Below, piece after piece: positions 27,820 to 37,562 of a stretch of DNA of 64,000 nucleotides (position 1 is its first letter; each line of letters starts with the position of its first letter). The stretch covers positions 32,001-96,000 of IMG/VR virus record IMGVR_UViG_3300044701_002547; one strand, written 5' to 3'. This DNA is from a virus. Position numbers and translations under genes: made by a program. Below the pieces are notes generated by a model. That model was not told the origin of the DNA and did no database searches. It saw only the letters and a program-made list of their open reading frames with translations.

Positions 27820-29844
27820 ATGGCAATAAAACCTACAATTTCTCTCAAAGGTTTAAGATCTTCAGCAGCACAGACAGGGAAAACTGCTAAATCAATACAG
27901 TCTTCTTTAACTTCCAATATAAAGCAAAAAACAAATTTATATTCAAGTATTAAAACTATTAAAAAAAGAAGAGAAGAGAGAGATCGAAGAAATATTTTAC
28001 AAACTCAATTACTAGCACCCACTCTTGTCAGAGCAAGAAGGGGTCCAAAATCTTTAGCGACAACAACTCAACAAGGATTGAGTATTGGTGATAGATTGAT
28101 GGGATTTTTAAAGTATGCAACTGCAGGATGGCTTTTGAGTAATATACCAACCTGGTCTGCACTAGGAAATCAACTTGTTAGAAGACTTAAAACTGCTGGA
28201 AGTATTTTAAGTAATTATGGTGATGAGACTCTAAAAGTATTAACGGGAATTACCAATGTTTTTGGCGCAGCTCTTACTAATATTTCGAGTTTTGATTTCT
28301 TAGATAGTTCTTCAAGATTAAAAAATTCATTTGAAAATTTAATGACAAATGTTGATGATTTGGGAAAAGGAATTATAGATGCATTTAATGTAATTCTTCA
28401 ACCTTTTACTGATATTCCTCCACTTGGTTCAGATCAATTAGAAAGAGAAAGACAACAACAAGAACAGGATAGTGGAACAGGACAACCCCAACCACCATCT
28501 GGAACTCGTGGAGGAAATTCTGATTTTTGGACTTTGGTTGCAGTTGTCTCTAGGGAAGATAGTGATCCTCAAGGGCAAGCAGACGTAGCACAATCAATTT
28601 ATAATCGTGTAGCATCTGGTGCTTATGGATCTAAAAATATTCGACAACTTATTTTAAGAGAAAGTCAATATCAACCAACTTGGGAACGTCCAAAACCAAG
28701 AAGTGATAGAAAACAAATACCAAATCCAGAATGGTATGAAATTACTGACGCAGAATCTGCAGCAAAAGCAACTGGATTTTCTGTCTCAACTATAAAGGGA
28801 GTTGCTAACAATATTACAAATCCAACATTACAAAAAGAAGCAGTAAAATTTGTTGGTGGAAGGACAGATTTTAAAGCTTCAAATAATCGATTTTCTGGAT
28901 CAATTCAAAGAAAAGCAGGTGATAATAATTTTGGATGGCAGTATGGATATAGTGGAACAACAGTTGGGCAAATTCCAAATTTAGGTTTAACACCGCCATC
29001 AACATCTCCACCTCCAGCAAGACCTGTCCCATCATCTAATTTTGCTCCAGTTTCTGGAGATAGCGGTTCTTCTATGGGAAGAAGACCTGCAAGAGTTCCT
29101 TTTAGTCCATTTAAACCTAATTCAGGTGCTGTTATAACTTCTGTTATGGGATTGAGGAAGGGAAAGCCTCACACCGGATATGATTTAGCATCCCCTTCAG
29201 GAACTCCACTTTATGCATATTTTTCTGGTATTGTTACACATGAAAATCGTGCTCCTGGAAGAGGTCCCGATCACGGAGCTGGGTATGGGTATTGGATTAT
29301 ATGGAAAGATGATGTTTATGGATCATATCATTTCTTTGGTCACATGTTAAAGCCTGCTGAAGTTAAAAAAGGTCAAAGATTTAATCAGGGAGCATTGTTA
29401 GGATATGTTGGAAGTACTGGAAGATCTACTGGACCTCATTTACACTGGGAGATCTCAAAAGATGCTCCAGATTCAATGGGAAATTTTAAAACTCGTGAAG
29501 ATATTCCAACCTGGTTAAAAAATCACCCAATTAAGAAAACTCCAACCCAAGTAACACCTCAATCAAGACCATCAGTTCCATTAGTTCCTACTCCAGCAGC
29601 AACTACTACTCAAGAAGAACAGCAAGCACAAATAGATAGTTCTTATAGAGAAGGTCTTGCGGAAGGAATAACGCAAGAAAGACAAGGAAGAAAAGTAGTT
29701 GTAATTGATGATAGAAGTTCTCCCATCATACAACAAGTTGTGTCAGGTGGCGGTGGTGATGGCATTACATTTTCAATTAATGAATCTGCCTTGTTAAATA
29801 ATTTTATAAAAAATAAACTTCTCTTAGATTTAAATTACGTCTAA
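27820..29844 (+). CDS. Tail-associated protein with SleB/Hydrolase_2-like and M23 peptidase domains
   Basis: LVAVVSRE....GQADVAQSIYNRV..QYQP; H.G.D (HTGYD), GHM, VGSTGRSTGPHLHWE. Confidence 0.85.
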   Translation: MAIKPTISLKGLRSSAAQTGKTAKSIQSSLTSNIKQKTNLYSSIKTIKKRREERDRRNILQTQLLAPTLVRARRGPKSLATTTQQGLSIGDRLMGFLKYATAGWLLSNIPTWSALGNQLVRRLKTAGSILSNYGDETLKVLTGITNVFGAALTNISSFDFLDSSSRLKNSFENLMTNVDDLGKGIIDAFNVILQPFTDIPPLGSDQLERERQQQEQDSGTGQPQPPSGTRGGNSDFWTLVAVVSREDSDPQGQADVAQSIYNRVASGAYGSKNIRQLILRESQYQPTWERPKPRSDRKQIPNPEWYEITDAESAAKATGFSVSTIKGVANNITNPTLQKEAVKFVGGRTDFKASNNRFSGSIQRKAGDNNFGWQYGYSGTTVGQIPNLGLTPPSTSPPPARPVPSSNFAPVSGDSGSSMGRRPARVPFSPFKPNSGAVITSVMGLRKGKPHTGYDLASPSGTPLYAYFSGIVTHENRAPGRGPDHGAGYGYWIIWKDDVYGSYHFFGHMLKPAEVKKGQRFNQGALLGYVGSTGRSTGPHLHWEISKDAPDSMGNFKTREDIPTWLKNHPIKKTPTQVTPQSRPSVPLVPTPAATTTQEEQQAQIDSSYREGLAEGITQERQGRKVVVIDDRSSPIIQQVVSGGGGDGITFSINESALLNNFIKNKLLLDLNYV

Positions 29845-31169
29845 TGTCAATTAAACAGTCAATATTTGAAGAAATTACGATTGAATCAAATGATCAGTCA
29901 AGAACTGTAGATATTACATCAGGTTCTGTGATGATTGATTATTATGAGGATATATTCTCACCAACCATCACTGCAAAAATCAGAGTTATTAATACGGGTA
30001 ATACAGTTGTCGGTGCAGATAGTAAAGATAATCAATTACAAGCAATTTACACTGGTCTTCCTTTAAGAGGAGGAGAGAGAGTTGGAATGAAAATTGCTGG
30101 AAATAGAGAGGGAAATCCAGGACTAGATTTTTCATTTGATCCTAAGACTTATTTGTATGTTTCTAGCATAAGTGATGTAATTGCCGAGAACAACAAAGAA
30201 AGTTTTACTCTTCATTTAGTGTCTAGGGAAGCAATCACAAATGAGACAACTAGAGTTGCTAAAAAATATGCAAACTTACCAATTAATGAATCCGTAAATA
30301 AAATTCTTACAGATGTATTGAGAGCAAATAAAATTGGTACATTAGATCAAACATCAAATAATTATTCTTTCATTGGTAATCTTAGAAAACCATTTACTGT
30401 TCTAACTTGGTTAGCTTCAAAAGGTGTTCCAGAAAAATCGGGAAGTGGCACGGCGGGGTTTTTCTTTTATCAGACAGTTGATGGATTTCAATTTAGATCA
30501 ATTGATTTATTAACTCAACAACCAAAAAAAGAGACCTTTACATATAGTGAAGCAACTGAAACTTATGATGCTGAAGGTCAGAGAACGAATAATGACTTTA
30601 AAATTTTAAATTATACGATACAAAAAAATCAAAATTTAATTGAAAAACTAAGATTAGGAACATATTCAAATGTCAGATATTTTTTCAATCCATTAACAGG
30701 ATCTATTACTGAACCAGGCAAAGTTACATTCAAGTATAGTGATTATGCAGACAATACAAACAATCTTGGAAAAGAATTAATTAATTTACCTAAAATTTCT
30801 GATAATGCTGGGAAAACTTTAGGAGATTGTCCGACGAGAATTATTACAGGAGTTCTTGATGTTGGAACAATGCAACCGGGAATTTCTACAAGCACAAATG
30901 CAGATCCAACAGAATACCAATCGCAAGTATTGATGAGATACAATAATATGTTTATGCAAACTTTGAATGTGATGGTTCCTTCAAATACAAATCTGAGAGC
31001 TGGTGATGTAATTGAATGTCTATTTCCTAAGATTTCAAGAGCATCTGCTAGAGAATATGATGAGGATCAAAGTGGTCTATATATGATTAAAGAGTTATGT
31101 CATCATTTTGATGCTACTCGTTCTTATACCTCTTTAAAATTAATTAGAGATACTTTTGGTAGAAAATAA
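29844..31169 (+). CDS. Baseplate hub subunit (gp27-like)
   Basis: YYEDIFSPT, LPLRGGE, FFYQT.DGFQFRSID, LRAGDVI, SGLYMIKELCH. Confidence 0.7.
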   Translation: MSIKQSIFEEITIESNDQSRTVDITSGSVMIDYYEDIFSPTITAKIRVINTGNTVVGADSKDNQLQAIYTGLPLRGGERVGMKIAGNREGNPGLDFSFDPKTYLYVSSISDVIAENNKESFTLHLVSREAITNETTRVAKKYANLPINESVNKILTDVLRANKIGTLDQTSNNYSFIGNLRKPFTVLTWLASKGVPEKSGSGTAGFFFYQTVDGFQFRSIDLLTQQPKKETFTYSEATETYDAEGQRTNNDFKILNYTIQKNQNLIEKLRLGTYSNVRYFFNPLTGSITEPGKVTFKYSDYADNTNNLGKELINLPKISDNAGKTLGDCPTRIITGVLDVGTMQPGISTSTNADPTEYQSQVLMRYNNMFMQTLNVMVPSNTNLRAGDVIECLFPKISRASAREYDEDQSGLYMIKELCHHFDATRSYTSLKLIRDTFGRK

Positions 31170-31175
31170 ACAAAT

Positions 31176-33197
31176 ATGTTAGACCAATCATTACTTCAAA
31201 GTCATTTTATAGGTAGGGATGGTTTCCGTTGGTGGTTGGGGCAAATTCCTCCTGTTGAAGTGTGGCAAGAACAAGCAGATAAAAATGGTTGGGGTCTTAG
31301 AGTTAAGGTTAGAATTCTTGGTTATCATTCTCTTGACCCTAATGATTTGAGTGATGAAGAATTACCTTGGGCTCAGGTAATGTTGCCAACAACTGCTGGA
31401 TCTGGTGGTGCTTTTTATGGCACAAATCCAAAAGTAAGACAAGGTGATATGGTAATTGGGTTCTTTATGGATGGTGATAATGCCCAAATTCCTGTCATTA
31501 TGGGTGTATTGGGAAAGACGGATACTTGGGGAGATTTAAATTATCAAAATCCATTTACACCTTTTACTGGATATACTAAAAATATACCAAAACCAGATTT
31601 ATCTATGAGAGGATTACCTACAGGGACTCCTACAAATGAAGGTACTATCACTTCAGGAGGAGTACCTCCGGCAATTGATCCTAATAAAGGACAAACAGCA
31701 TCGAGTGCAGTAGGAACAAAAGTTGTATTGGCAAATACTTGTGAGAACACAACTCAACCAGTAATTAAATCGGAAATTGATAATTTACTTAAATGGATTC
31801 AAGATAAACAGGCAAAAATTGGCGAATATAATTTAAAAGTTAGAAATACTGCTGAAGTTATTAAAGGTGCTTTGGGTTGGGTAATCAATGAGATGTTTAA
31901 AAGGTTAGAATTATTTCTAGTGGGTGATGAAAAAAAACCTGGAATCATACCAAGAGGAATACAAGCTTTATATATTGCAGTTTATGGAGCAACATACGCT
32001 GCTACTCAAAATCCAGCAATTGCACACGAAGCAGGATGTAGGGCAGAAAATGCCTGTATTGTTCCAGTCCAAATACTTGAAAAGGCGATTATTTGCATTA
32101 AAAATGCAGTTGTGGATGGGTTAGCAGGATTTATAGTAGAAATTCTAAACTCACTTATTCAAAATGTAAAATCTTTTGTAACATGTGCCGCAGAACAATT
32201 TATTGGTGTAATGTTAAACGCAGTTGTAGATCAAGTTTCTGCTGGTTTAACTTCTGCCCTAGATGGAATTCTTAGTATTTTGGGAGTTGCTTTTAATGTT
32301 GCTAGTTTCTTACGAGGAGGATTAACTGGTTTATTCGGATCTCTTGATTGTGGGCAAAGTAATACAAAATGTGACGGAACAAAAGAATGGATTATTGGTG
32401 TTGGCCCAAAAAATCCTCAAAGTACTAATCTTCAAAATATTATGGATGCAGTTAATAATGTATCATCTCTTGTGGAATCAACGGTTCAAGGAGTATCTGG
32501 AGTATCACAAAGTTTTCAAAATTCTGTAGATTCAATCAATTCGGCTGTGGATATTTTGAATGGAAATTCTTCTCTAGAATTTGGGGGAGACATTAATTCT
32601 TGCTATACTGGAACTCCAACAAGTTGTGGTCCTCCAACTCTTAAGATTTTTGGTGGGGGTGGTATAAATGGCGCTGCTGCTCCAATTTTTGGATCTATAA
32701 TTCAAAGTACATCTTTATATCAGAACGTTTTCCAAACAACTAGTATTATTGGAGCTACTATTACAAATGCAGGTTCAGGTTATCGTTTCCCACCATTTGT
32801 TGAAATCACAGACAATTGTGGATTAGGATACGGAGCAAAGGCAAGATCTGTAATTAATGATAAGGGAGAACTTGAGGCGATTTATATTGTATCTCCTGGA
32901 ATTGGTTATCCAATTGGAGATCAAGAACCTAGTGGAGTTACGGATACTGTAATTCAATCTTCTGGTCTTAATTACTCTGAAGGTGATACGGCAACTGATG
33001 ATTTTGGAAATGAATATGATTTAACTATTGAAGATGGGCGTATTATATCTGCTAGACCAATAAATAGTGTTGAAATTACAGATCTTCCTAGAATTACTGT
33101 AAATTCTGAAACAGGATTCGGTGCTGTTATAAGTCCAGTGTTTGGTCCTATTTTCCTAGGAACTAAAATTCAAACACAAATAGATTGTCCAATATAA
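31176..33197 (+). CDS. gp5: Baseplate hub/spike gp5 (N-terminal OB domain; no lysozyme domain seen)
   Basis: GRDGFRWW.GQ, RVKVRILGYH, LPWAQV, VIGFFMDGDNAQIPVIMG. Confidence 0.85.
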   Translation: MLDQSLLQSHFIGRDGFRWWLGQIPPVEVWQEQADKNGWGLRVKVRILGYHSLDPNDLSDEELPWAQVMLPTTAGSGGAFYGTNPKVRQGDMVIGFFMDGDNAQIPVIMGVLGKTDTWGDLNYQNPFTPFTGYTKNIPKPDLSMRGLPTGTPTNEGTITSGGVPPAIDPNKGQTASSAVGTKVVLANTCENTTQPVIKSEIDNLLKWIQDKQAKIGEYNLKVRNTAEVIKGALGWVINEMFKRLELFLVGDEKKPGIIPRGIQALYIAVYGATYAATQNPAIAHEAGCRAENACIVPVQILEKAIICIKNAVVDGLAGFIVEILNSLIQNVKSFVTCAAEQFIGVMLNAVVDQVSAGLTSALDGILSILGVAFNVASFLRGGLTGLFGSLDCGQSNTKCDGTKEWIIGVGPKNPQSTNLQNIMDAVNNVSSLVESTVQGVSGVSQSFQNSVDSINSAVDILNGNSSLEFGGDINSCYTGTPTSCGPPTLKIFGGGGINGAAAPIFGSIIQSTSLYQNVFQTTSIIGATITNAGSGYRFPPFVEITDNCGLGYGAKARSVINDKGELEAIYIVSPGIGYPIGDQEPSGVTDTVIQSSGLNYSEGDTATDDFGNEYDLTIEDGRIISARPINSVEITDLPRITVNSETGFGAVISPVFGPIFLGTKIQTQIDCPI

Positions 33198-33203
33198 TTT
33201 AAA

Positions 33204-33776
33204 ATGGCAGATATCGCACTAAAATTAAATTATGAAGCTAAGGACTTTATTAGCGTTGGTCCAAATTTCGTAATTACAACTAATGATCCTCGACCAAACG
33301 CAGATTCATCATCAATTTTTAACATATATTCTTTTACCAAAGAAAATAATCAACATCTTCAAACTTTTAATGAGTCTGGATCTTATAAGATTTTAAATGA
33401 CAGAGGTATTGAAATTTCTGCGGGTAAAAAAGGATCTGAAGGTGATGTAGATATTTGTATTACGGGTCAGGGTGGAGATATTACAATTACAGCAACAAGT
33501 ACTGGTGCAGTCAAGATAAGAGCACATACTGTAATGATAGAAGCTGGAGAAGATTTAGATCTAAAAGCAGGTAGAAATGTTAATATAAATGCGGGATCTG
33601 GAAGAATTAAATTAGAGGCTGACAAAATAGATGAAATTGCGATAAATGGTAATGCAGTTACTAATAATTTCCTTGTGAGGGCATTTTCTTTGGCACATAA
33701 TTATGATGCAGTATCTCAAATAGCACAAGGTCAAGATTTACTTTCATCAATACTAGGATCTGTAGGAGTAATCTAA
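33204..33776 (+). CDS. gp5 C-terminal beta-helix-like spike protein
   Basis: Repeated short beta strands (GDITITA..GAVKIRA..VMIEAGEDLDLKAGRNVNI). Confidence 0.55.
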   Translation: MADIALKLNYEAKDFISVGPNFVITTNDPRPNADSSSIFNIYSFTKENNQHLQTFNESGSYKILNDRGIEISAGKKGSEGDVDICITGQGGDITITATSTGAVKIRAHTVMIEAGEDLDLKAGRNVNINAGSGRIKLEADKIDEIAINGNAVTNNFLVRAFSLAHNYDAVSQIAQGQDLLSSILGSVGVI

Positions 33777-34648
33777 TGGGACTTATTTCACTTGTATTAA
33801 AATTTTTAGGGTTCCCAGATTTTCCCGAAAAAGGAAAAAAAACCTTTAATTCCACTGAAACTACTTTTGGTAGTAATGTAATTATTTCAGGAGAAACCGT
33901 TCAGCAAAGTAATTCTGTAACATTAAGAGAAAAATTACTTTGTGGTAACTTATGGATGCTTAAAAATCCATTTGATCTAAAACCAGTAATTCCAAATATT
34001 TTTGGTTCTTTTGGAATTATTGCTGGATGGTCTGGAGTCTTTGTAACTGGAATCACACAAACTCTTGGAACAGTTTTTGAAATTGGATCATCTATAAAAA
34101 CAGGTGCCTTAGATGTGGATTATTCTGCAATAACTAATAATTTTGCAGGATTAAAGGCTGACGTAGTTCCAGAGCATTTTACTGTTACTCCATCGGATGA
34201 TTTAACCTCTCCAAAGGGGAATTTAAATGGGTTTTGGTCATTTAATGGATTTAAAATATCAACAGATCCAGATGCAACATCAGATATTCGTTTAAAAAAG
34301 AATATTGAGAGATTTGAAAATGGTCTGGATATTGTTTTGGATTTAAAACCAGTTCGTTTTGATTGGAGAGAAGATAAGTGCCCTTCTTCATTTTTACAAG
34401 AATTCAGAGAACCTGATGATGAATATGGTTATCCTGGAAAAGTTAAAAGACAATATGGACTTATCGCACAAGAAGTTGAGGAAATCGCTCCTGATCTTGT
34501 CGGTGAAAGAAAGATGTATGATGAAAATTATAAGTTAATTCGCTATGAAAAACTTGTTCCTATTTTAATCTCAGCAGTTCAGGAACAACAAAAACAAATT
34601 GAAGAACTCCAAAAACAGATTAATGATCTAAATCAACAAAATAAATAA
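33776..34648 (+). CDS. Tail protein with peptidase S74 intramolecular chaperone domain
   Basis: SDIRLKKNI, LKPVRFDW, YGLIAQEVE...PDLV, YEKLVPILI.A.QE. Confidence 0.85.
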   Translation: MGLISLVLKFLGFPDFPEKGKKTFNSTETTFGSNVIISGETVQQSNSVTLREKLLCGNLWMLKNPFDLKPVIPNIFGSFGIIAGWSGVFVTGITQTLGTVFEIGSSIKTGALDVDYSAITNNFAGLKADVVPEHFTVTPSDDLTSPKGNLNGFWSFNGFKISTDPDATSDIRLKKNIERFENGLDIVLDLKPVRFDWREDKCPSSFLQEFREPDDEYGYPGKVKRQYGLIAQEVEEIAPDLVGERKMYDENYKLIRYEKLVPILISAVQEQQKQIEELQKQINDLNQQNK

Positions 34649-34672
34649 AGAACAAAGAGAGATTGAATAAAA

Positions 34673-36592
34673 ATGATTGATGAAAATTTGAGAAGTGATG
34701 TTCTTAAAATTCTTGAAGACGAACAGAATCAACTAATTGGGGCCTTAGAATCTCAAACTAATTTAACTGTTCCCGAAACAATTACAGTTGTTGAAACAGA
34801 ACAAAATTCTGATGGAACTTTAACTGAAAAGGTTACGGAACAACCTAGTAATTATATCAACGAAGGAGTTGATTCAGAACTTAGATCTAAGTTCGCTAAT
34901 GAAGCAGAAACTCTTCAAGCATTCTGTAAAATCATAGATGATGAAATTATTTCTTTGAATAATCAAATTAATGTAAAAAAAGAACAAATTGTTATTTTAT
35001 CTGACGAAGCAGCAACTGGTAATTGTTGGCCAGGAATTGCCTACAGTGGTGGTATTTTTAGTTTTCTGGGAACATTTTATGGAACTAATGTTACTGTAAA
35101 GGAAGAGGTTGAAAATCTTCGTATATATCCAAATGTCGCAGGACCTACAGCAAGATATGATATACTTAATCCCTTTGAACCAGACTCTGTAAATAATCTT
35201 ACTCCTGAATATTCTGGATATGGATATCGAAATTTGCAAGATCCTAATTTCTATAAAAATAAAGATAGGACATTAACTGGAAATAAAGTTGATGGTAGTG
35301 GAGATAATATAGGAAATGGTAGATTTGATATATCAGAAACTCAATCTGATCATAATGCAAGAGTTATAAGTGTATTTCGTACTTATAGTGGCGCTACTAA
35401 TCCTGCCAGATGCGTTGGAATTGGAACTAGTATTCGAGTTTTATACAACGAAATTATTGATCTAAGAAAGCAAAGAGATTCTTTAAGAGAAGATTTAAAC
35501 ACAATCAAAGAAAATAAAAGCGAAAAAGAACTTGCTGCTTGGGGATCTAAAAGAATTGATAATCAAATTGTAGCAAGAGAAACAAAGAATCTAGGAGCAA
35601 TTGCCTCAGTTAAAAATTATAATACTGATGTAACAATAAATGCTGATGCTACTGTTTTATATCTAGATGTTGGAGATCCTGATTCATATTCGGGTATTGG
35701 AACAATTTGGTATGATAGAAGTGGATATGGAAATAATGCAACGATATATCCAATAGGTACTTCTATTTCTTATAGTATTTCTGATGGCAATTACTTTACA
35801 TTTAATGCAATTGATCAATATGTACAAACTGGAATTAAAACAACAAATCAAGCTAATGTTTTGGGTGTAGGAACAACCTGGACAATGGAAACCTGGTTTA
35901 AGGTTAATGGAGGTCCATCCAGTATCTTTAATTCAGTTGTATCTGCTGCTGGCACAGTTAGACCTATTTCTGGCATTATTACTGGTATTACAACCACAAG
36001 TATTGCTGTAGGTCAAAATGTTGTGGGATTATCGACTATTGTTTCTGTTGGAACAACGGTAACTGCAATTGGAATCGGAAGTGTTTATATCAGCCCCAAA
36101 TCTCTCAATAATGATACAGTTTCATCAACTTTTAGTTTTGGAAATTACTTGAATTATGCAAACACAATTGTAGATGTAAATTCAACTTCTACAAGCACTA
36201 ATATGCTGGGAGTTTCTTATGGACAAAGTGGAATATTCTCTGGGATTTCTAAAAACAGATTAATCTATACTGTTTCTTCTGGAGCTGCAACTACAACTCT
36301 TGTTGGATCTGCAATTACAAATGGTGCTTGGTATCACGGTGTTGTTGTAAGAAACGGAACAAATAATACCAAACTCTATGTCAATGGTGTTGGAGTTGCT
36401 ACTTATTCTGGGGATGTTGCTTTGGGAACCGCAAGTACAACTACAACTAAGATTGCTGCCTGGACTGATGAAAACATTTACTCTAATATATCAGTATCGG
36501 TCGTAAAAGTGTATCAGAGATCTTATACGGATGATGAGGTCAAGAACAAATTTGACGCTTCCAGAGGCAGATATGGGATCATTGGGACTTGA
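34673..36592 (+). CDS. Virion protein with C-terminal LamG/concanavalin-like domain
   Basis: LYLDVG.PDSYSG.GT.W.D.SG, WTMETWFK, WYHGVVVR, LYVNG, VYQR. Confidence 0.75.
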   Translation: MIDENLRSDVLKILEDEQNQLIGALESQTNLTVPETITVVETEQNSDGTLTEKVTEQPSNYINEGVDSELRSKFANEAETLQAFCKIIDDEIISLNNQINVKKEQIVILSDEAATGNCWPGIAYSGGIFSFLGTFYGTNVTVKEEVENLRIYPNVAGPTARYDILNPFEPDSVNNLTPEYSGYGYRNLQDPNFYKNKDRTLTGNKVDGSGDNIGNGRFDISETQSDHNARVISVFRTYSGATNPARCVGIGTSIRVLYNEIIDLRKQRDSLREDLNTIKENKSEKELAAWGSKRIDNQIVARETKNLGAIASVKNYNTDVTINADATVLYLDVGDPDSYSGIGTIWYDRSGYGNNATIYPIGTSISYSISDGNYFTFNAIDQYVQTGIKTTNQANVLGVGTTWTMETWFKVNGGPSSIFNSVVSAAGTVRPISGIITGITTTSIAVGQNVVGLSTIVSVGTTVTAIGIGSVYISPKSLNNDTVSSTFSFGNYLNYANTIVDVNSTSTSTNMLGVSYGQSGIFSGISKNRLIYTVSSGAATTTLVGSAITNGAWYHGVVVRNGTNNTKLYVNGVGVATYSGDVALGTASTTTTKIAAWTDENIYSNISVSVVKVYQRSYTDDEVKNKFDASRGRYGIIGT

Positions 36593-36643
36593 CACCCGCC
36601 CCGGGGTGCTCTATAATACGTGGGTAATCAACAAAACCACCTA

Positions 36644-36844
36644 ATGAGTATCACACAAGAAACTGTACAAGGCATTGTAATTGACGTATGCACTAAGTCC
36701 TTCTTGCTTCTCAGCGATCAAGGAAGTACCAAAGAGGTCAATTGTGAAACCACCGAGCAGTTTATGAATGTGTTGGAAGTTGTGACTGCCAATCTTGAAC
36801 CTGACCAAATCCAATATGCAGACCTTGCAGTTTATGGGCAGTGA
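36644..36844 (+). CDS. Hypothetical protein
   Basis: Follows TTGACA-N17-TATAAT (36589-36617); ATG at 36644. Confidence 0.65.
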   Translation: MSITQETVQGIVIDVCTKSFLLLSDQGSTKEVNCETTEQFMNVLEVVTANLEPDQIQYADLAVYGQ

Positions 36845-36868
36845 TGCTATACTATAAATAACGAAAAA

Positions 36869-37042
36869 ATGGAAGTTTTCACCGTGGAAGAATTTCAAGA
36901 ACGTTTTGACGAACTGATTGAGAGAGTTGAAAACGGAGAGAGTTTAGGTATAATTGGTGAAGATGGGCGGACAGCAGTTATGATGCCTGCGGATGAGCAA
37001 CTCATACGAATATACACTGAGTTGAACAACGAAGCACCCTGA
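36869..37042 (+). CDS. Phd/YefM-like antitoxin-fold protein (57 aa), orphan
   Basis: MEVFTVEEFQERFDELIERVENGESLGIIGEDGRTAVMMP; TATAAATA at 36853-60. Not in the ORF track. Confidence 0.6.
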   Translation: MEVFTVEEFQERFDELIERVENGESLGIIGEDGRTAVMMPADEQLIRIYTELNNEAP

Positions 37043-37057
37043 TTCTCGGGGTTTTAT

Positions 37058-37129
37058 GGGACTGTCGCCTATTGGTTAAGGCCCACTGCTTATAACGGTG
37101 TGAACTGTGTTCAATTCACAGCAGTCCTA
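37058..37129 (+). tRNA. tRNA-Ile(UAU)
   Basis: Acceptor GGGACTG/CAGTCCT, anticodon arm cactg-cTTATAA-cggtg, T arm ctgtg-TTCAATT-cacag; no complete encoded CCA. Confidence 0.88.
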
Positions 37130-37133
37130 CCTT

Positions 37134-37206
37134 GCTGGTTTAGCAATCTGGCGAATGCAATCGACTCATAATCGATGGGAGGCGAGTTCGATCCTCGCAA
37201 CCAGCA
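37134..37206 (+). tRNA. tRNA with CAU anticodon (elongator Met or Ile2)
   Basis: Acceptor GCTGGTT/AACCAGC, atcga-CTCATAA-tcgat, gcgag-TTCGATC-ctcgc. Confidence 0.88.
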
Positions 37207-37207
37207 C

Positions 37208-37236
37208 TTGACCACTACAACTCTATGAGTTATAAT
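37208..37236 (+). promoter_or_regulatory. Sigma70 promoter for the intron-containing tRNA
   Basis: TTGACC-N17-TATAAT ending 10 nt upstream of the tRNA. Confidence 0.7.
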
Positions 37237-37246
37237 GGTCTCACAA

Positions 37247-37527
37247 GCGAGTATGGTGGAATCGGTAGACACACCAGACTTATGAAAATTGAGCCTCATT
37301 TAGGAAACTTTATGAGTGTAATTCCTCAAATTCGGTGAAACCTGTAAAATGGCAATACCGAGCCAAGCATCGTAAGATGAAGGTGTAGAGACTAGACGGG
37401 GAACACCTAAACCGAAAGGTATGGTGAAGGTATAGTCCAGACCACAAACCGAAAGGGTAGTGAAAACTATAGTGGTAAGAAAATCTGTTGGGCATTGCCC
37501 GTGGGAGTTCAAGTCTCCCTACTCGCA
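37247..37527 (+). tRNA. trnL: tRNA-Leu(UAA), split; exons 37247-37281 and 37480-37527
   Basis: Acceptor GCGAGTA/TACTCGC; joined exons give caga-CTTAAAA-tctg, a long variable arm and gggag-TTCAAGT-ctccc. Confidence 0.92.
37282..37479 (+). ncRNA. Group I intron (IC3, cyanobacterial/plastid trnL type), 198 nt, no ORF
   Basis: Inserted after U34 and ends in G. AATTGAGCC start, P4/P5 TTCGGTGAAACC..GGCAATACCGAGCC, P7 AGAGACTA/TAGTCC, GNRA-capped P8/P9. Confidence 0.92.
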
Positions 37528-37562
37528 TTAAAATAAATATAAGATGTCGGGCACAAAACCCT

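Noticed and set aside
37111-37562. ORFs 37111-37299, 37300-37512, 37310-37528 and the 5' extension of 37488
   Set aside because: They overlap the tRNAs and intron; the intron has no homing endonuclease ORF.
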